DNA of 64,000 bases from Veleropilina oligotropha (lineage: Eukaryota): contig JBEUKZ010000081.1 of NCBI GenBank assembly GCA_048128005.1, forward strand, positions 124,001 to 188,000, given 5' to 3'. Under the pieces are notes generated by a model that was not told the origin of the DNA, searched no databases, and saw only the letters and a program-made list of their open reading frames with translations. A program made the translations under genes and the position numbers. Shown here in pieces: positions 61,501-64,000 of the stretch; positions within the stretch are counted from its first letter, which is position 1, and each line of letters begins with the position of its first letter.

Positions 61501-64000
61501 GGGCATTAACTATAGGATAAGGTGGAGGTGTGGGCATGTACATAAGGCAGGGCATTAACTATAGGATAAGGTGGAGGTGTGGGCATGTACATAAGGCAGG
61601 GCATTAACTATAAGATAAGGTGGAGGTGTGGGCATGTACATTAGGCAGGGCATTAACTATAAGATAAGGTGGAGGTGTGGGCATGTACATTAGGCAGGGC
61701 ATTAACTATAAGATAAGTTGGAGGTATGGGCATGTACATTAGGCAGGGCATTAACTATAAGATAAGGTGGAGGTGTGGGCATGTACATTAGGCAGGGCAT
61801 TAACTATAAAATAAGGTGGAGGTGTGGGCATGTACATTAGGCAGGGCATTAACTATAAGATAAGGTGGAGGTGTGGGCATGTACATTAGGCAGGGCATTA
61901 ACTATAAAATAAGGTGGAGGTGTGGGCATGTACATTAGGCAGGGCATTAACTATAGGATAAGGTGGAGGTGTGGGCATGTACATTAGGCAGGGCATTAAC
62001 TATAGGATAAGGTGGAGGTGTGGGCATGTACATAAGGCAGGGCATTAACTATAAAATAAGGTGGAGGTGTGGGCATGTACATTAGGCAGGGCATTAACTA
62101 TAAGATAAGGTGGAGGTGTGGGCATGTACATTAGGCAGGGCATTAACTATAAAATAAGGTGGAGATGTGGGCATGTACATTAGGCAGGGCATTAACTATA
62201 AGATAAGGTGGAGGTGTGGGCATGTACATAAGGCAGGGCATTAACTATAAAATAAGGTGGAGGTGTGGGCATGTACATTAGGCAGGGCATTAACTATAAA
62301 ATAAGGTGGAGATGTGGGCATGTACATTAGGCAGGGCATTAACTATAAAATAAGGTGGAGATGTGGGCATGTACATTAGGCAGGGCATTAACTATAAGAT
62401 AAGGTGGAGATGTGGGCATGTACATTAGGCAGGGCATTAACTATAAGATAAGGTGGAGATGTGGGCATGTACATTAGGCAGGGCATTAACTATAAGATAA
62501 GGTGGAGGTGTGGGCATGTACATTAGGCAGGGCATTAACTATAAGATAAGGTGGAGATGTGGGCATGTACATAAGGCAGGGCATTAACTATAAGATAAGG
62601 TGGAGGTGTGGGCATGTACATAAGGCAGGGCATTAACTATAAGATAAGGTGGAGGTGTGGGCATGTACATAAGGCAGGGCATTAACTATAAGATAAGGTG
62701 GAGATGTGGGCATGTACATTAGGCAGGGCATTAACTATAAGATAAGGTGGAGATGTGGGCATGTACATAAGGCAGGGCATTAACTATAAGATAAGGTGGA
62801 GGTGTGGGCATGTACATTAGGCAGGGCATTAACTATAAGATAAGGTGGAGGTGTGGGCATGTACATTAGGCAGGGCATTAACTATAGGATAAGGTGGAGG
62901 TGTGGGCATGTACATTAGGCAGGGCATTAACTATAAGATAAGGTGGAGATGTGGGCATGTACATAAGGCAGGGCATTAACTATAAGATAAGGTGGAGGTG
63001 TGGGCATGTACATTAGGCAGGGCATTAACTCTAGGATAAGGTGGAGGTGTGGGCATGTACATTAGGCAGGGCATTAACTATAGGATAAGGTGGAGGTGTG
63101 GGCATGTACATTAGGCAGGGCATTAACTATAGGATAAGGTGGAGGTGTGGGCATGTACATAAGGCAGGGCATTAACTATACGATAAGGTGGAGGTGTGGG
63201 CATGTACATAAGGCAGGGCATTAACTATAAGATAAGGTGGAGGTGTGGGCATGTACATAAGGCAGGGCATTAACTATAAGATAAGGTGGGGGTGTGGGCA
63301 TGTACATAAGGCAGGGCATTAACTATAAGATAAGGTGGAGATGTGGGCATGTACATTAGGCAGGGCATTAACTATAAGATAAGGTGGAGGTGTGGGCATG
63401 TACATTAGGCAGGGCATTAACTATAGGATAAGGTGGAGGTGTGGGCATGTACATTAGGCAGGGCATTAACTATAGGATAAGGTGGAGATGTGGGCATGTA
63501 CATTAGGCAGGGCATTAACTATAAGATAAGGTGGAGGTGTGGGCATGTACATAAGGCAGGGCATTAACTATAAGATAAGGTGGAGGTGTGGGCATGTACA
63601 TAAGGCAGGGCATTAACTATAAGATAAGGTGGAGGTGTGGGCATGTACATTAGGCAGGGCATTAACTATAAGATAAGGTGGAGGTGTGGGCATGTACATA
63701 AGGCAGGGCATTAACTATAAGATAAGGTGGAGGTGTGGGCATGTACATAAGGCAGGGCATTAACTATAAGATAAGGTGGAGGTGTGGGCATGTACATAAG
63801 GCAGGGCATTAACTATAAGATAAGGTGGAGGTGTGGGCATGTACATAAGGCAGGGCATTAACTATAAGATAAGGTGGAGGTGTGGGCATGTACATTAGGC
63901 AGGGCATTAACTATAAGATAAGGTGGAGGTGTGGGCATGTACATTAGGCAGGGCATTAACTATAAGATAAGGTGGAGGTGTGGGCATGTACATTAGGCAG
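58432..64000 (+). repeat. 49-bp satellite (AAGGTGGAGGTGTGGGCATGTACATTAGGCAGGGCATTAACTATAAGAT)n, about 113 copies, continues past the window end
   Basis: Period 49 read directly (58432, 58481, ...); highly homogeneous with a few recurring variants. Confidence 0.98.

Noticed and set aside
58432..64000. CRISPR array or telomeric repeat
   Set aside because: No unique spacers and no cas genes; the context is eukaryotic; the 49-bp unit is LINE coding sequence, not a short telomere motif.

Overview
AT-rich, repeat-dense animal genomic DNA, not prokaryotic; the repeat types resemble those of molluscs and other marine invertebrates (inference). The only host gene I can support is a voltage-gated K+ channel beta subunit (KCNAB/Hyperkinetic, aldo-keto reductase family) on the minus strand. 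Four small exons (24365-24408, 22022-22059, 13385-13464, 4668-4712) splice in frame to [70 protein letters not shown]; the gene continues past position 1 and its first coding exon was not found. Most other sequence is mobile or tandemly repeated DNA. It includes an intact BEL/Pao LTR retrotransposon (36223-45322; 1214-bp LTRs with no difference found, CCCAT TSD, 1963-aa ORF), a non-coding LTR element with a tRNA-His PBS (18582-21507) and a decayed Academ-type DNA transposon (5262-9580). There are also about ten Helentron/HINE-like elements, MITEs, tRNA-derived SINEs and minisatellites. The most striking feature is a CR1/L2-type LINE (about 56490 onward) in which 49 bp of endonuclease coding sequence has been amplified into a >5.5-kb satellite running off the window end. 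All calls are by eye, with no database searches.
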